Shown in pieces: positions 46,488 to 56,930 of a stretch of 64,000 nt of DNA. The notes under the pieces were generated by a model. The model saw only the letters and a program-made list of their open reading frames with translations, had not been told where the DNA came from and ran no database searches. This stretch comes from a virus (Duplodnaviria; Caudoviricetes), in the IMG/VR virus record IMGVR_UViG_3300021090_000019, positions 1,368-65,367 of that record. One strand, 5' to 3'. Position 1 is the stretch's first letter. Every line of letters begins with the position of its first letter. The translations under genes and the position numbers were made by a program.

Positions 46488-47489
46488 TTAGTACGATGGG
46501 TTCGTGTTGTATGTATAATTCGATCCATTACTCGCTTGGAGACTTACTCCCGCGCTCACACTCGACAAGGCGCCTGCAACGACCTGGGCGTTGATTGAAC
46601 CGATCGCTTTCATTGCCTCGATCTTGAGACCGTTCATGGTCTTGAAATTCTCGATATCGATTTCTGCGTCCTTGATGACAAGATCCGCCTTGGCCACGGC
46701 GGCTTTAATCTGGGAATCGAAAACTTTTATTTTGGTCTCGATCAACGACGTATACACCTGAGCCGTCCCCTTGTAGACTTCAACCTCCCCCAGAAATTTC
46801 TTGACAATTGCATCGATCCTGGATACCTCTGCCTGGACCTTCGCCTTATATACCTCGACGCGCTGGATATAGTATTGCAGTCCTTTCTCGATAGCGAATT
46901 TCGTGTTCGCATCGGAAAGTTCAAAAGATTTTATGGCAAGCTCCCTTGCCACGTCTTTTCGCTTGTTGTTGTGTTCGATGATGGCCTGCGTGAGATTCGC
47001 AGCCAGCATCCCGTCCGGAAGAGTGAAGCCACTTTTTGACCATTCCGTCCTGATTTTGTCCAGCTCCTCGTTCAGTAGAAGTTCAGCTCTCTCGGATTCT
47101 CTTTCAAAGATGGCGATCTCAACCGCCAGCGGGATCGCCGGACCCCCCTGGGTGATATCGTGGAGCAACTTATCTCTGATCGCCGTATTGACTTCATCGG
47201 CTTCCGTGAGGTCATCTGGCATGTTCAGATTAATCGATGGGGCTACCGGAGGCGTTGCTACAAAAGCATCGACAACCGGAGGGATAAGGTCCGGAATCGT
47301 AATATCCACATCGAGGTTATTCAGAGTTCCGGAGACCTCCTCCAACCTTGAGATCGTCTCTTGCGCCTGTCTGAGAGCGGTATCGGCGTACCCGCCATCA
47401 CCCATCGTCTTATTGAACTTCTCATTAACAATGTCCGGGACGGTCCCGAAAAGCGCCCAACGTTTCTCAATTCCTTCGACTTCAGCCAT
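46488..47489 (-). CDS. Putative internal virion protein (coiled coil)
   Basis: W...GF.LP.G.L; Y.A.V heptads. Confidence 0.65.
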   Translation of the reverse strand: MAEVEGIEKRWALFGTVPDIVNEKFNKTMGDGGYADTALRQAQETISRLEEVSGTLNNLDVDITIPDLIPPVVDAFVATPPVAPSINLNMPDDLTEADEVNTAIRDKLLHDITQGGPAIPLAVEIAIFERESERAELLLNEELDKIRTEWSKSGFTLPDGMLAANLTQAIIEHNNKRKDVARELAIKSFELSDANTKFAIEKGLQYYIQRVEVYKAKVQAEVSRIDAIVKKFLGEVEVYKGTAQVYTSLIETKIKVFDSQIKAAVAKADLVIKDAEIDIENFKTMNGLKIEAMKAIGSINAQVVAGALSSVSAGVSLQASNGSNYTYNTNPSY

Positions 47490-47498
47490 AATATCCTC

Positions 47499-49553
47499 CT
47501 ATGCCACGATCAATGGCAGATCCGCTGTTGCAATAACTCCGAAATCGGCAGTTGAACCGATAGAATCAAAGGTTGGAAATACCGAAAACCCGGTCATGAA
47601 TCCTGTTAGACCAACCCTGTTGAGCGCTATCATAGCCGAATCGAGATAGATGAAAGGGTTGTCCGGAAGGTTGTGATAGATGACCGCATTGTTCAGCTTA
47701 CGGGTCTTAAAGTATGGGTTTAATGTAATGAACGGGACCCCACTTGCAATCTCGACCCCGGTATTGGATTTCCACACACGGAACGATCCGCTCTCCCCGA
47801 TATTGGATCCCGGGTGTTGATTGATCCCTAACAGGCCTGGACGCAAAATGCTATTCTTACAAAACTCTATGCCCCCCGGCCATGTCGTGGATATCGTTCC
47901 TACCCTGTATGACTGAGATCCATTCGAAAGATACTGGTGGATATCAGCGAACTCGGACATGAACGCCGCAAACACAGAAGATTTCAAATCATAAATCCAT
48001 CCCGACCTCGATAGACCGGTGAAGGATCCCCAGGCCTTCGTAATGCTCGATCCACGATTATATAGAAGGATAGCCCTGTCAACAAACAGGAGGTATGGGT
48101 TGGAGAGATCAGCCCACGCCATCAACGCTTCCGGGACCTTCTGGATTGAATGATACCTCATGAGGAATGGAGCGCCAGATCCAGACGTATCGTCAGTCTG
48201 CTTCGGAACGTATGGCCACAGGCCTTCGTATACAAGCGGCATGTTGTCAGTGCCCAATGGATCAAGTTTTGAGTACGTCGCATCACCTTTAATCTGGTAG
48301 TGGTTCTGGTCATAAAAGTATTCAAGAAATGGTTCCTCATAGTCAGTTACCCGACCCGCAAAATATGGGTTTGGATCGCAATAGACGCTCATGCCGTGGT
48401 CATTGTACGACCATGGGGTGACTCCTCCGTCGGTATAAAAGTCCACCCACCTGAGCGGCTTCTTATATCTCGTCATCCTCGAAACCACCGCATGTCCCCC
48501 CGATGAATCAACCGCAACACCAACAAGTCTCTTGGCCTCTCCAAATTCGTTCGGATCCCCAAGGGGATGAGGCGCTATCGATTCGGCTCCATCGCTCTTT
48601 ACCCCAACGTGTGCTGTGCAGGTGAGGTTGGCGGACAAGTATTCCCAAAAACCATTATTAAATCCAGTTGGTTTATAAACATAATGGACGAACGCTCGAT
48701 ACTCGCCTGGGATCTCGACAGAGTTGCCTTCGAAGTAAAGTTTTTCATTTGCAACCGCTGGTAAGGCGACAGGCAGCGCAGCGTAATACTGTATTCGCAC
48801 TGACCAGACATAGTCATCATCTTCGAAACTGGCGGTCCAACCATCTCCGCTTGGGACCGCGCTTCCACCAAGTTGCCTAATCCACGTAGGATTTTGCCTG
48901 AATGGAGCCCCCATCACCACGGCCGGAACGGACTCTACGGGCATGGTGAAATCGACACTGTTATATGTATAATCGAACTTATGGTAGGTATCTCCATCAA
49001 ACACGACCGGAACGTCAATGGCGGCTGGCGCAGTTAAGCTGAAAGAGAACTGACAAAGAGTGTCGCTGGTACCCCCGTATTCGGTAGAAACCACAAAGTA
49101 CGACAACAGTCCGATCGACGCATTGAATTCCTGGACCCCGAGCAGGTTATCCCCCACAAACTCATGAAGAACGCTACCAGAGAGATCGATATACATATTC
49201 GAAACGCCGGGGGCTGTCGTCTTAAAATAGATCTTCCTACTGTAATGTATCTGGGGGGCTATGACCAGAAACGGATAGACTTCGGCGGTTACAATGTCTG
49301 GAATGACTCCCCTAACTGGTACGTTTATGAACACCGAATCCTGTCCAAAATGAGATTTGGCCACAATGACCGTTCCGTCGGCGAACACCCGAGTCATTTT
49401 GAGCTGTCCAAGCTTTCTGAAGCTCATGAGGTTCTTCAGTTCGTAAAGCAGCTTGCTGGCCTCTCCCCGATATCGCGCGACGGAGGGATCGTCCGGATTG
49501 TTTGATCGCCGGGAGAGAGACGTGCTCGGGTATTGATATGGGTGGTCAGTCAT
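47499..49553 (-). CDS. Putative tail protein
   Basis: Long beta-rich ORF in the tail region. Confidence 0.55.
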   Translation of the reverse strand: MTDHPYQYPSTSLSRRSNNPDDPSVARYRGEASKLLYELKNLMSFRKLGQLKMTRVFADGTVIVAKSHFGQDSVFINVPVRGVIPDIVTAEVYPFLVIAPQIHYSRKIYFKTTAPGVSNMYIDLSGSVLHEFVGDNLLGVQEFNASIGLLSYFVVSTEYGGTSDTLCQFSFSLTAPAAIDVPVVFDGDTYHKFDYTYNSVDFTMPVESVPAVVMGAPFRQNPTWIRQLGGSAVPSGDGWTASFEDDDYVWSVRIQYYAALPVALPAVANEKLYFEGNSVEIPGEYRAFVHYVYKPTGFNNGFWEYLSANLTCTAHVGVKSDGAESIAPHPLGDPNEFGEAKRLVGVAVDSSGGHAVVSRMTRYKKPLRWVDFYTDGGVTPWSYNDHGMSVYCDPNPYFAGRVTDYEEPFLEYFYDQNHYQIKGDATYSKLDPLGTDNMPLVYEGLWPYVPKQTDDTSGSGAPFLMRYHSIQKVPEALMAWADLSNPYLLFVDRAILLYNRGSSITKAWGSFTGLSRSGWIYDLKSSVFAAFMSEFADIHQYLSNGSQSYRVGTISTTWPGGIEFCKNSILRPGLLGINQHPGSNIGESGSFRVWKSNTGVEIASGVPFITLNPYFKTRKLNNAVIYHNLPDNPFIYLDSAMIALNRVGLTGFMTGFSVFPTFDSIGSTADFGVIATADLPLIVA

Positions 49554-50541
49554 TCTCGTACCTGAAAGATCGTGCGCTCGGGACGCGCTTGGTTCCAACT
49601 AAACATGCATCTATGCCAATCGTTTGCGTGTAGAGGTGCGCCCCCGACACTTCGAGCCACGCATCGATGGAGAGCACTTTCGAAAATGCCATGCTCAACG
49701 ATGCATCGATGGACGTTCCCGCAGTAAGGCCGGTTATGTTAAGCAGGCTGTCCATGACCGCTGTCTCGACCTTCCCCTCAGTGAGATAGGCGTCCATAGA
49801 GAGCAGGCCGGAGAGCGTTATCTTTAGGAACGCATCGAGGGATGTCCCCGCTTGTTGGCCAGCTTTGTTCAATAAAGCATCTATGAACGCTTGGACGGAT
49901 CCTACCGACGCTGAGACGATCAGGATCGCATCGAGAGAAACGTCCTGCCCGAATGTTTTATTCAAATAGGCATCGATTAAAACCGCTTTCGTGAAAGCCT
50001 GGTAGATCATGGCGTCGATTGAAATATCCTTTGTTAATAACGACTGAAGAAAGGCGTCCAGAGACACACTGAGAGACAGGTTGAGCTTACTGAGAAACGC
50101 ATCGAGAGACAGGGTGCCGGTCCTTGGAGCGTAGAGGTAAGCATCGAGTCCGAGGCTCTTGGTGATAAGGGCGTAGAGAAACCCGTCAAGGGATATGCTC
50201 CCGGTAAGGTTCAGCTTGGAGAGAAGCGCATCAACCGAGACGGACCTCGTCGAACCGAGCTTTGATAAGAGCGAGTCTATTGAGACTGACTTAGTCCCGA
50301 TTGCGGACAGGAGAGCGTCGAGACTGGCAGTCCCGGAGAGGATCTTATAGAGAAGAGCGTCGAGGGCCGGGGTCCTTGTAAGATTTAACTTCTGGAGCAG
50401 GGCATCGATCCCAAGAGTCCCGGTATATATTTTCTGGAGATAAGAATCCAGGCTCACGGTCTGGGTAAAGGTAGTCGCCCCGGTCCCGACGAGAACGTTA
50501 AAAACCGCCCCAGAGTTCTTTAGAGTGACATCAAAGGCCAT
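49546..50541 (-). CDS. Repeat-rich fiber-like protein
   Basis: Many 16-17-aa units with S(L/I)DA(L/F/Y)L. Confidence 0.65.
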   Translation of the reverse strand: MAFDVTLKNSGAVFNVLVGTGATTFTQTVSLDSYLQKIYTGTLGIDALLQKLNLTRTPALDALLYKILSGTASLDALLSAIGTKSVSIDSLLSKLGSTRSVSVDALLSKLNLTGSISLDGFLYALITKSLGLDAYLYAPRTGTLSLDAFLSKLNLSLSVSLDAFLQSLLTKDISIDAMIYQAFTKAVLIDAYLNKTFGQDVSLDAILIVSASVGSVQAFIDALLNKAGQQAGTSLDAFLKITLSGLLSMDAYLTEGKVETAVMDSLLNITGLTAGTSIDASLSMAFSKVLSIDAWLEVSGAHLYTQTIGIDACLVGTKRVPSARSFRYEND

Positions 50542-52463
50542 TAGGTTCCGACTCCAGACTCAGACCGTCCGGTGTGAGTTGCGTCTTCCCGGGCTTCTAC
50601 AAAAACACTCTCAACGTCATCGAACCACGTCAATGAATAAGCTCCATTACCGCTCCGGGACGTATTTTGAACTTCTTCCCTTCTCCCGGATACGTCCCGG
50701 TAGGCCCTGAGTGTGACTGTGCCCCCTGCGGATCCACTAACGGTCCCCGATATCGCTTTCGTAATGGAGTGGTAAGTCATCCAGGCGGCGAGCGGCCTCG
50801 TCGCCACCGGGGAACAAGCGATCCGCCATCGCAGGGAATCATCGACAAGATAAGCGTCAAGCTTGGGATCTAAGGTCCATCGCCGGTAAGGATGATTTGG
50901 AGTCGGCAGACAGACCGGATAGACTCCCAATTCAGACTCAGTCAAGAACCAGATACATCCCTGGGTGGTGAAGAAACCAAACTGCCCTGACTCGCTGAAT
51001 ATCGTCGTCCCGCTGACGGGAGAGTTCGCCGCCCCCTGGGTATTCATGGAGATCATGAGTAAGTCGTTCATGAACCATTCCGCCTCCGGAGGACTGAAGA
51101 GTCCGGCGGCGGAGATTGTGCTGACAGTCCCGCTCGCCTGGCTATTCTGTTGCCACATGCTGACAGAATGATTATGGACGCCGTCGCCGCTGGCGTGTTT
51201 TCCTGACGTATAATTGAGCAATAACAGGCCCATGAATCCGGCGGGCGTGATCCCCGCTGAACCTATATAGACCTGCCAATATACTCTATTTCTGCCCCTG
51301 GCGATAGTGAAACCCGCCCCTCCAGCCCCGCCAGAATCGATACGCTGTGAGAGAAATGAGGCCCCGCAATAGAGCAGGGCCGCGTCGGTGTATGTCCTGC
51401 CCGAGCCCTCTCCGAGAAGGACAACCGGGTTGACGTTTGTGCTCTGAGAGTACCAGATAAGAGCCCCGGATTGAACCAGCGTGATGGTCGCCGGTTCCCC
51501 GATCATGATATCCATCGCCACAGCTTCTGCTGTGTCATTGACCGATGTGGCCCCAGGGATTGCTATCGGAGCCATCCCAATGACCAGGGAGTTGAGGATA
51601 GTGCTCGAATTCGTATGGTCATATTCGTAAGTTACACACAGAACAATCCCGACATGATTAAAGGTTGAGGCCGTGGTGATGGTGCTCGATCGCAGTTTGA
51701 AAGCGGCAACCGCCCCGCTTGTGACCCAGGTTGCCGCAGTCTGTTCCCAGAAATAGACTCCCATGCAAGACGAAGCAAGACCGGATTCGTGGATGCCGGT
51801 CAGGTGTTCCGTTTCGCTATTGACCTGCATCCCAAGTGAGGCGTCATTGGCTGTCCCTACCGTTGACTCGTTGTACCACAGCTCAAACCAGACACGGCGA
51901 ATTGTTTTACTTGACTCTGGGAGAAAGGTATCGAGGCGAGGGACCTGGTTCGTCCCGATCTCTGCGAGGGAAGCTGTTAGGGCTCCCGTCCCGGAATCAA
52001 GCGGAATGTGAACGGTCTTGACCCTGGTCTGCTGCTCATCGGAGTAGTAGGTGATGATAAGTTTCGCACCAATGTTCGCGGTTGTAACTGCGGCGAAGCT
52101 CACACCGACCTGGCAGGTTTGTGACCCGCCCGCCCCGAAGTTGGAATTGAAATATGCAGTTACATCTCTTTCGAAGAAGTATGAACCGCTCTCCCCCGTA
52201 TTCGCGGGAGGGTTTCCAAGGGTAGTGTCACTGAAGGCGACCCCACCGAGTTTTATCCCGACCAGGGGAGAGGTAAGGGTGGTAGCAGATGTCACCGCAT
52301 CCCGGCAGAAGACCTGAACCCTGACGGAGAAAAAGCTTCGATTCCCGGTCTCTGGGATGTAGAGCGTGATTGCTCCAAAATCGTATCTCGTCGCAGCGGC
52401 AAGGGCCGCCCCGTTTCGAGACTGGAAAGCGTATTCAATCGTTTTGAGCCTGCTCGTTGCCAT
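50541..52463 (-). CDS. Putative tail fiber / receptor-binding protein
   Basis: 640 aa, Thr/Ser/Gly beta-rich. Confidence 0.6.
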   Translation of the reverse strand: MATSRLKTIEYAFQSRNGAALAAATRYDFGAITLYIPETGNRSFFSVRVQVFCRDAVTSATTLTSPLVGIKLGGVAFSDTTLGNPPANTGESGSYFFERDVTAYFNSNFGAGGSQTCQVGVSFAAVTTANIGAKLIITYYSDEQQTRVKTVHIPLDSGTGALTASLAEIGTNQVPRLDTFLPESSKTIRRVWFELWYNESTVGTANDASLGMQVNSETEHLTGIHESGLASSCMGVYFWEQTAATWVTSGAVAAFKLRSSTITTASTFNHVGIVLCVTYEYDHTNSSTILNSLVIGMAPIAIPGATSVNDTAEAVAMDIMIGEPATITLVQSGALIWYSQSTNVNPVVLLGEGSGRTYTDAALLYCGASFLSQRIDSGGAGGAGFTIARGRNRVYWQVYIGSAGITPAGFMGLLLLNYTSGKHASGDGVHNHSVSMWQQNSQASGTVSTISAAGLFSPPEAEWFMNDLLMISMNTQGAANSPVSGTTIFSESGQFGFFTTQGCIWFLTESELGVYPVCLPTPNHPYRRWTLDPKLDAYLVDDSLRWRIACSPVATRPLAAWMTYHSITKAISGTVSGSAGGTVTLRAYRDVSGRREEVQNTSRSGNGAYSLTWFDDVESVFVEAREDATHTGRSESGVGT

Positions 52464-52835
52464 CTACAAATAAACCTCAAAATCTGGGGCCGTGACGAGG
52501 CTTTGCCCCGTTGTCGAAAACACCCAGAACCGGTAATTGTTCGTCTGAATACAGTGGAGATACTCAACCAGGCCATATCCCCCGCCCCTGTTCTTTATGA
52601 TGCCACGCCCGAACCTCTTTACGAACCTCTCTCCCTTGTCCTTGTTGATTATGACATCATGCCTCAAAACACCCCCCGCAAAAGGAATGATCGATATCCT
52701 GACAACATCTTCTGGAATGAGGGTCGAAGGGTTCTCACTCCCGTTGTCATTGTACTGCCGAACGATGCCGCCCGGTCCCTCCACTTCCCACTGAAAAACC
52801 TCAGAAAGTCTCATCTTATGTCTCGTCATAAGCAA
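52464..52835 (-). CDS. Hypothetical protein
   Basis: Overlap packing. Confidence 0.55.
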   Translation of the reverse strand: MLMTRHKMRLSEVFQWEVEGPGGIVRQYNDNGSENPSTLIPEDVVRISIIPFAGGVLRHDVIINKDKGERFVKRFGRGIIKNRGGGYGLVEYLHCIQTNNYRFWVFSTTGQSLVTAPDFEVYL

Positions 52836-53316
52836 AGGTTAGAGTCTCAGGTGTGAGCTGCCCTGGAGCGGCGGTGTTCGCAACGCCCATCTGCATCCGG
52901 ATGTGATCTCCCTTATAGCCAGTGCCAGAATGAGGACCGGTGTTGATCGCATCGAGATCAACCGGAGCCCCACTCGTCTTTGTGAACAGGTCGGTTCCAG
53001 CAATATCCGTATTGATATTCGGGAACGTTCCGAGACCGGCGGCCGGGACATTATATTGTACAGTGATTCCCGTCCCGAAGGTGTTCGAGCCATCCGTGTA
53101 GCAACGGAGGTTCTGGATATCGACCGATGGACCGGCCTGAAAATAGAACCGCGCATGTTTCGTGTAGCTGAAGATCGTTGCACCCGTCGGGATCTGAAGA
53201 CGATCGACTGTATCAACCGTTTGGTTGTCCGCACCCTTGAATCTGATCGTTCCGGAAGTCTTGTCCACTCCAGCCGCTGCCGCTGTCATCTCATGGATTT
53301 GAACTGTTGCTGCCAT
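52816..53316 (-). CDS. Virion structural protein
   Basis: S..K..RF, Q..V...A.PG...ET.TF.YDE; SD AAGGAGG. Confidence 0.65.
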   Translation of the reverse strand: MAATVQIHEMTAAAAGVDKTSGTIRFKGADNQTVDTVDRLQIPTGATIFSYTKHARFYFQAGPSVDIQNLRCYTDGSNTFGTGITVQYNVPAAGLGTFPNINTDIAGTDLFTKTSGAPVDLDAINTGPHSGTGYKGDHIRMQMGVANTAAPGQLTPETLTFAYDET

Positions 53317-53326
53317 AGTTTCCTCC

Positions 53327-53476
53327 TTATTCGTCTATAACTTCTTCGTACAGGGTTTCACCGGCCAACGGTGGATGAATCGGACCGCCCGGGAGGTCAT
53401 TAAAGTCGAAGGGTCCATCGTCGGGTTGCTCAATCTTCACGACCAATTCATCGTATAGAAATTCAGCGCCGTTCAT
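53327..53476 (-). CDS. Small acidic protein
   Basis: 49-aa ORF filling the gap. Confidence 0.45.
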   Translation of the reverse strand: MNGAEFLYDELVVKIEQPDDGPFDFNDLPGGPIHPPLAGETLYEEVIDE

Positions 53477-53483
53477 GATGTTT

Positions 53484-54263
53484 TTATCTCCGAATCGTAT
53501 CTACAATCATTCGGATCTTTGCTAAGTCGAAGTCCGCGCCAGAAAGATTGACCAGCTCAACGATCTGATATCTGCCCCGCAACCCCCTGGGAGTTTTTAC
53601 ACGCTCTTCGTGGATATCGCTGCCTGCAACTTCTGTCTGAAGCTCTGACGTGCGATCGGACCCATCCTCCTTTGTGGCAAGGATAAGAGCCAAATGACCG
53701 GCGGACCTGTAACACAGCCAGATCCCGTCAAAGACCTTCAGAAACGCATTCCCAAAATTTAACGGATGCGTCTTTACTTTCGATAGAATACCCATCCCTC
53801 CGTTCTTGTCACCTTCCAGGAGATAGATCCCGTTGTTTTTTGCTCCGTAGAGATGGCCATCGAAAGAGGACAAACTATTGAATGGATAATCGTCATACGT
53901 GGAGATCCCTTGGTTCGAGACGTTCATGACCACCGTCTTAAAGACCATCTCCGAGTCGAGGCGTCCGAATCCTGCAAAAACCGGGGAAGGCAATTCAAAA
54001 CTACCCTCACTATATGAAGGCGCGAGGTTGCCAAAGACAGGAACCGGGAGGATAAATGTGCCATGGCTCGTACCACCGAGACGGCCCTCCATAGTGATAA
54101 CGGGGAGGATGAATGTGCCGGAGGACCGTGTTGTTGGGTTGTTGATCTGTCCGGAGGGAATAGGGACGGGAAGAGCGAACTGACCGGAGATAGCCCTGGA
54201 GGTAGACGATCCGGAGAGAGTATGGACGGGTAACGCAAATGTACCGGTGGAAGTCGTTGCCAT
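53484..54263 (-). CDS. Virion/tail protein
   Basis: Repeated SG.F.LP N-terminus; Y..YPFNS, GLRGRY. Confidence 0.65.
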   Translation of the reverse strand: MATTSTGTFALPVHTLSGSSTSRAISGQFALPVPIPSGQINNPTTRSSGTFILPVITMEGRLGGTSHGTFILPVPVFGNLAPSYSEGSFELPSPVFAGFGRLDSEMVFKTVVMNVSNQGISTYDDYPFNSLSSFDGHLYGAKNNGIYLLEGDKNGGMGILSKVKTHPLNFGNAFLKVFDGIWLCYRSAGHLALILATKEDGSDRTSELQTEVAGSDIHEERVKTPRGLRGRYQIVELVNLSGADFDLAKIRMIVDTIRR

Positions 54264-54282
54264 TTAAGCCATCCTTTACGGC

Positions 54283-55062
54283 CTATGCTTCTGCCGGTAG
54301 TGACACCGCGTAATTGCTCACTGTATGGGTCTCTGTCGCCACAAGGCTAAGATTCGATAAGTTCAGCTCCGCTCCGGAGGTTGAACATGATCCCTGAATC
54401 CTGAGCTGAGTGGTTGAGAGAGTTCCGTCATCGTTCGAGGTCACAATCCTGAAGTATCCGGCGACCCCATTGACAAGAACCGTTCCTGACCATACATCCG
54501 AATTCTTCGGCATAGACCCCCCGGACGAGGGCCCGAACTGGAGCGTATCTTGTCGCACCGCCGCCTGTTTTGCCGTGACTGTTGCCGTGGTTGTTCCTCC
54601 ACCATCGGCGAGAGTGAGATCCAGACCATCAATGCGTCCCTGAACCCAGAGGGCTGCCGGACCGGTTGCGTCCTGGTCGGCGATCGCCAGGAGTTGCGGA
54701 ATGTCACTGAGCATCTGTGCAACCTTCTTCGCGACCTTGGTGTCCGTGTCTTCTGAGGCTGTGATCGTAAAGGTGTGGGTCGTCGGTCCGACGCCATCCA
54801 CGGTGACATTGATCTTCACCGTATTGCCCAACGTCGCATTCGGGATGGTGATTTTGTAAACCCGGGGTGTCGATCGCTCATCGGCAGAAACCGTCCCGCC
54901 CGATTTGGTGATGATGGCCAGAAGCGTTCCCGTCACAGCATCGTCGGCGCTGGCAGGCGCGGAGCCGGTGTAGATCTTCACAACACAATCTTCGAGAGCC
55001 TTTCGCACAGGGCCCTCAGCCAGTAAGTAATCTCTCATTCCGGTAGATAGTCTTCGAGCCAT
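54283..55062 (-). CDS. Virion structural protein
   Basis: LSTG.R, IYTGSAP.SADDA.TGTLL, AGYFR, RIQG..STSGA. Confidence 0.7.
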   Translation of the reverse strand: MARRLSTGMRDYLLAEGPVRKALEDCVVKIYTGSAPASADDAVTGTLLAIITKSGGTVSADERSTPRVYKITIPNATLGNTVKINVTVDGVGPTTHTFTITASEDTDTKVAKKVAQMLSDIPQLLAIADQDATGPAALWVQGRIDGLDLTLADGGGTTTATVTAKQAAVRQDTLQFGPSSGGSMPKNSDVWSGTVLVNGVAGYFRIVTSNDDGTLSTTQLRIQGSCSTSGAELNLSNLSLVATETHTVSNYAVSLPAEA

Positions 55063-55065
55063 TTT

Positions 55066-56028
55066 TCATCCTCCTTCTATTGCTGGTTTTGGAATTGTGA
55101 ATCCACCGGAGATATCGCCCTGCCCGGCTTGCAGTTGGTAAATAAAAACATATTGTTGATAGCCATTTTCGGTTTTCAGGACGGCGACACCTGCGTCGAT
55201 GGAATCGTCGATTTTGAAACGTCCCTCTTGTCTCTCGATAGCAACCCCCCCTGGGAAGCCTTTGTATGGTCCGCATGAAGTCATCCAGTAAACTGCCTTT
55301 CCGCTGGCCCCCCTTCCGATATCATCCCCGTCAACGGTAACGGCGGACCCCTCGATCGCTCCGAGATCCAGGACCTTTACAAGCTTGAATTGAGAGGGAT
55401 CATCGCCGCCGATAAAATAAGTCTTGTCGTCTGCACTGACATACATCCCATCGGCCACAGCCCTGACCATGGTGATTCTCCCTGGCAAAGCCTTGGCGTT
55501 CTTCCTCCTATCCATCTGACCCAGAAGCGTTGCATCCGAGTAGAAGAGGTTGGCTCCATTGGCCGCATAGAGCCTGCCGTTATAATATTCCAGGATCTGG
55601 CCGCCGACCATCCGCGTCTTATAGGTCTGTCTTGGCTCAGGGAAGGGGTAGGATAGTCCTTCGAATACGAAGCCAACGATGGAGTTGTTACCAAAATAAA
55701 CAGTGCCGTTGACTGAGACGTAGGACATCCTGTCGTTGGGGTTCACCCCCGATATGAGAGTCGTCGCAGTCAGGTCCTTATTCAATCGCTTAAACGTGGT
55801 CCCATCCACAAAAAGGGCCGTCTTGCCATCCGACCAGAAGCTATGGATGGCAGATCCGGCAACGACCGGAGATTCGCCATAACCCTTTTTCCTGTGTATC
55901 ATCCCCTCGTCGTCGATGTCGATATTAAGCAGCTCACGGAGATAAATCCCGTTCTTTTGCAGTTGGAGCTGCACAGGATCGGAAGTGTTGTCGATACCGA
56001 GGAAGGTCGTGATGTTGAAATCAGTCAT
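55066..56028 (-). CDS. Tail nozzle / stabilization protein
   Basis: F.GIDN, N.DID..G...RK.GY, YNGRLY. Confidence 0.7.
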   Translation of the reverse strand: MTDFNITTFLGIDNTSDPVQLQLQKNGIYLRELLNIDIDDEGMIHRKKGYGESPVVAGSAIHSFWSDGKTALFVDGTTFKRLNKDLTATTLISGVNPNDRMSYVSVNGTVYFGNNSIVGFVFEGLSYPFPEPRQTYKTRMVGGQILEYYNGRLYAANGANLFYSDATLLGQMDRRKNAKALPGRITMVRAVADGMYVSADDKTYFIGGDDPSQFKLVKVLDLGAIEGSAVTVDGDDIGRGASGKAVYWMTSCGPYKGFPGGVAIERQEGRFKIDDSIDAGVAVLKTENGYQQYVFIYQLQAGQGDISGGFTIPKPAIEGG

Positions 56029-56918
56029 ACTGTCCCCGCATCTGGCCGCAGGATTTGAGCCGGATGTCTCAACCGGTCCCTGGCCGTTTTTGCTTTTCCC
56101 TTATCACGTTCGAAGAGCAACCTGTGTGTTTCGGCAGCCTTCGGATCGAACGTCTGCGAATCTCTCTTCAGATACGCTTTACGGAGAATCCCCGAAATGA
56201 GCTTGTTGTGATCGGTGGAGACAATCTCCGGTGATTGGGTTTGCCAGGCACCTATGGTCAACTGAGAGAGGGGAAGCCGGGTAACTGAAAGTAGAAGTGT
56301 ATCTCTAACCTTTCTGACCACAGTTGCGACGGTCTCTGTCTGGACGGCCTCGTCAACGGTAAAAGAATCGGCCGCCACCGAAGCAACCGTGAATACCCCG
56401 TCATTAAGGGTCCCGGCAATGTCCACCTGATTGCCAACGGCTAAATAGGTGGAGAAACCCTGACCGGCGAGAGTGAAAGTCTTTGTCACATCGTCGGCGG
56501 TCATTGTGCCGGAAAAGTAGCCGTCTGTGTTGAAATAGGGAACGGTCCGAAGCTTACCACTCTCGTAATCCGGGATGATGTGGCAGGGCGTTCCTGTCCT
56601 CGTTTCCCATGCGAACAGATTATCGTTCATCCACGGTTCATCCCTGATATTGAGATGTGGATAACCGGTGACGAGCCTTCCTCTCCGGATCAAGACGATC
56701 CTTGAATCCATGTCGTAGGTGTATTGATTGGAGAGAAGGAGTATCTTACAGATAGCTTCTGTCGAAGAGTCTTGCAGACAGAGAGTTTCCTTAGTCCATT
56801 CATTCAACGCTTCATTCAGAGCACGAAGAAGTTCTTCGTTGGACCAGAGGTAGGGCAGGATGATGTCATCTAAATATTCCGATCGCGCGGCATCGATGAT
56901 TTCCTTGGTTGTGCTCAT
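56025..56918 (-). CDS. Head-tail adaptor with inserted beta domain
   Basis: LDD...PYLWSNEEL...LNEA; AYLK.DS.TFD. Confidence 0.75.
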   Translation of the reverse strand: MSTTKEIIDAARSEYLDDIILPYLWSNEELLRALNEALNEWTKETLCLQDSSTEAICKILLLSNQYTYDMDSRIVLIRRGRLVTGYPHLNIRDEPWMNDNLFAWETRTGTPCHIIPDYESGKLRTVPYFNTDGYFSGTMTADDVTKTFTLAGQGFSTYLAVGNQVDIAGTLNDGVFTVASVAADSFTVDEAVQTETVATVVRKVRDTLLLSVTRLPLSQLTIGAWQTQSPEIVSTDHNKLISGILRKAYLKRDSQTFDPKAAETHRLLFERDKGKAKTARDRLRHPAQILRPDAGTV

Positions 56919-56930
56919 AAGGTTTCCCTC

